DNA from: an uncultured Bacteroidaceae bacterium
GTDB lineage: Bacteria > Bacteroidota > Bacteroidia > Bacteroidales > DTU049
Length of the DNA stretch: 38,159 nucleotides
Reading direction: 5' to 3'
NCBI GenBank assembly: GCA_964547605.1
Contig: CAZJOL010000003.1
Span: forward strand, 1-38,159
The translations under genes and the position numbers were made by a program. The notes beneath the pieces are model-generated. The model was not told the origin of the DNA. It did no database searches and worked only from the letters and a program-made list of their open reading frames with translations. Numbering within the stretch: position 1 is the first letter of the stretch; each line of letters opens with the position of its first letter. This document shows positions 36,230 to 38,159 of the stretch, one piece after another.

Positions 36230-36259
36230 CGCCAGACTAATCGTGTATATTGGAATAAA

Positions 36260-37900
36260 CTATTCCTTAATAAATCTCGCAACAGATCCTTCTGCTGTTT
36301 GAATCAGATACAGCCCGGAATTCAGCTCACTGATGTCAATGCTGATTGTTTCGCCGGCAGTGTTTTCAAGATGCATTACGATTCGCCCTGTAATATCAAT
36401 CACATTGACAGGGCCAGCTTCATTCACAGTTACGTTTAAAACATGATTTGCCGGATTCGGATAAATATTCAGAATGTCTTGATTATTATCTGCAATGCCT
36501 GACGGATCGGTGATGGCAAAATTATCGATGTCGACAAAATAGGAGCCTGTGCCGCTGTATGCTTTGATACGAACCTGTGTCATGCCTGTGGCAAAAAATC
36601 CAATGGGGAAAGAGAGTGACGTAAAATCATCAGACGAGACATGATTTACAGGAGTAATTGCATGCACGAGTGTCCAGAGGCTGGTAGCCGGATTTATCAT
36701 TTCGATTTTCACAGAGTCTATTTCGTTGGCAGGCGTTGCTGTAGATGGATAACCTGTTATATTGACAATCCGGTAATCGAATGAAAGAACTGACTGAGAA
36801 GTAAGGCCGCAGAATTTAGGGCTTTGTACCCAGAGATATGTTTCGGCCGGGGTTAACTCAGCGGCTATACCCCGATCGGTTTGTCCATGAGATGGCAGGT
36901 TTTCGAAATCGCCTGTCCACAGATTTGGCAAGTCAGAACCGCCATCGAAGTTTGCCAGGTATGGGATGGTGTAATTGGTTTTTGCACTTGATGTTCCTGG
37001 ATCCTGACTGTAAATATGCGAAACTGTGTTGTAAGCCCAGGCTTTATAATAATATTGTGATCCGGAAAGTAGATTGCTGTGTGTGTGGTTGCCAGCCGGG
37101 CCGACATAAAAAATTTCGGTCCCGTCGCTCAGGGTGTCACCTGTTGTGTAAGTAACACCACAAGCAGGAGTCGACATATTGCCAGTGTGGTTATGTGCAA
37201 TGAGTATATTTTCTTCAGAAGGTGTAAAAACAATGGACATTAAATCAATGGTGTTGCAGGAATCAAGGAGTGCTCCAATTGCCGGCTGATCCGGTGCAAT
37301 AAATTTTATCCCGATTGCCGGCAAGTAATTGGTTAACTGTCCCGTTTGTGCTGTCGGGAAACTGTTATTCTGACCCCATGCCTGGGTAATGTACTCTACG
37401 GAGGAGTCAATTGTTTTGCATCGGAATTTGGGCGCAACAGCCGGCCCTGTGCCTCCCCAGGCAGCTGAGATATAGACACCCAGATGCATCGAGTTGTCAT
37501 AGTCAAATACTGTCTGAAAATTGATTACTTTCTCTCCAACCGTGTTGAATGCCACTTTACCACTGTAAACCTCTGTGGCTCCCAAGCTGGTATTGGCATA
37601 CGTGTCGTAGCCGCCAAACATGGGATTGGTCAGTTGTTTAATGGAAATTGTTATTGTTACACTGTCGGGGCTGGCTGTTTCGACATAAAATGTGAATCCC
37701 CTGATTCTGCCACTCAAACCAATGCTGCTTTTATTGTAAATGGAAGCATTGTATGAATAGCCAAAAACCCCGTCGAAGGGGTAATCCTGGGCAGTAAAGG
37801 TTCCTTGCGCCGGATAAATGATGTTGGGGCTGATTTGGCCATTTGCTGTTGTAAGCAGGCAAAACGCCATAATGAATAGAAGCAAAGACTTTGTTTTCAT
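36260..37900 (-). CDS. Secreted protein with a T9SS type A C-terminal sorting domain
   Basis: Signal peptide MKTKSLLLFIMAFCLLTTANGQ. The C-terminus IYPNPANHVLNV...ISELNSGLYLIQT...ARFIKE is a Por_Secre_tail. I recognise no catalytic domain in the body. Confidence 0.75.
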   Translation of the reverse strand: MKTKSLLLFIMAFCLLTTANGQISPNIIYPAQGTFTAQDYPFDGVFGYSYNASIYNKSSIGLSGRIRGFTFYVETASPDSVTITISIKQLTNPMFGGYDTYANTSLGATEVYSGKVAFNTVGEKVINFQTVFDYDNSMHLGVYISAAWGGTGPAVAPKFRCKTIDSSVEYITQAWGQNNSFPTAQTGQLTNYLPAIGIKFIAPDQPAIGALLDSCNTIDLMSIVFTPSEENILIAHNHTGNMSTPACGVTYTTGDTLSDGTEIFYVGPAGNHTHSNLLSGSQYYYKAWAYNTVSHIYSQDPGTSSAKTNYTIPYLANFDGGSDLPNLWTGDFENLPSHGQTDRGIAAELTPAETYLWVQSPKFCGLTSQSVLSFDYRIVNITGYPSTATPANEIDSVKIEMINPATSLWTLVHAITPVNHVSSDDFTSLSFPIGFFATGMTQVRIKAYSGTGSYFVDIDNFAITDPSGIADNNQDILNIYPNPANHVLNVTVNEAGPVNVIDITGRIVMHLENTAGETISIDISELNSGLYLIQTAEGSVARFIKE

Positions 37901-37923
37901 CGGTTTTGTGTTTTTGTTTGTCG

Positions 37924-37931
37924 CAAAATTA
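37924..37931 (-). promoter_or_regulatory. -7 box TAATTTTG (reverse strand) for the T9SS cargo gene
   Basis: TAnnTTTG match 23 nt upstream of the ATG at 37900. Confidence 0.5.
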
Positions 37932-37953
37932 TGGCGATTTGTTTTGTGGTCTT

Positions 37954-37971
37954 ATCCGTAATTTTACGGAT
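37954..37971. promoter_or_regulatory. Operator-like palindrome ATCCGTAA-TT-TTACGGAT in a divergent promoter region
   Basis: 8-bp perfect arms. A third half-site ATCCGTAA recurs at 37986-37993. The palindrome is centred about 35-45 bp upstream of the predicted start site of the T9SS cargo gene. Confidence 0.45.
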
Positions 37972-38045
37972 TTTATACGTTCACAATCCGTAAAATTCCT
38001 GATGAATAATTAATCAGATTCCACCTTTCTTTGTAACAAAAAATC

Positions 38046-38159
38046 ATGAAAACAATTTTTCTTTCTGTGGCGTTATTGGTTCTCGCGCTTATTGGTAAAG
38101 CCCAGACCCCCATTGATGAGGGTTGGGTTGAAGTTGGCAATGCTGCATACAACTCAACC
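38046..38159 (+). CDS. Secreted hypothetical protein, N-terminal 38 codons only (runs off the window)
   Basis: ATG at 38046. MKTIFLSVALLVLALIGKAQTPIDEGWVEVGNAAYNST is a classic signal peptide. The frame is open to the window end. Confidence 0.5.
   Translation, partial: MKTIFLSVALLVLALIGKAQTPIDEGWVEVGNAAYNST

Overview
38.2 kb chromosomal segment with the hallmarks of a Bacteroidota genome. These are a T9SS C-terminal sorting domain, DUF4834 and DUF4294 proteins, a 287-aa sigma-A lacking region 1.1, and TAnnTTTG -7 promoter boxes 10-40 nt upstream of most first genes. I call about 31 protein-coding genes (two truncated by the window edges) and 3 tRNAs (Thr-CGU, Pro-CGG, Leu-UAG). I see no rRNA, CRISPR array, transposase, integrase or recognisable toxin-antitoxin or defence operon. 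Most content is housekeeping: a NamZ-like muramidase, a lolE-like permease/GT2/miaA operon, a CPBP protease, manA, a WbuC cupin and lipB. It continues with a DUF151 nuclease, a nucleoside permease, rlpA-thyA-folA, an AddA-like helicase-nuclease, rpoD, rpsO-pnp, tRNA-Leu plus tig-clpP-clpX, and T9SS cargo. Three parts are not housekeeping. (i) At 20.9-28.3 kb lies a glycan module: a Wzx-like flippase, a sugar aminotransferase, an LbH acetyltransferase, a GT56/WecF-like transferase and a YfhO membrane protein. (ii) At 8.4-10.9 kb lies a small accessory islet: an AlbA_2/Schlafen-like protein, hexamer arrays, DUF4834, a 23-bp iteron-like array and an AAA+/DUF4143 ATPase. (iii) The intergenic spacers are unusual, built from locally stuttered short motifs with periods of 6, 7, 14, 16/20 and 23 bp, and there is a 520-bp non-coding stretch next to the tRNA pair. 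I cannot point to a clear-cut novel multi-gene system. The items above are the best candidates and are graded accordingly. Several ORF-track starts were moved because they lie inside a promoter box or inside a tRNA gene.
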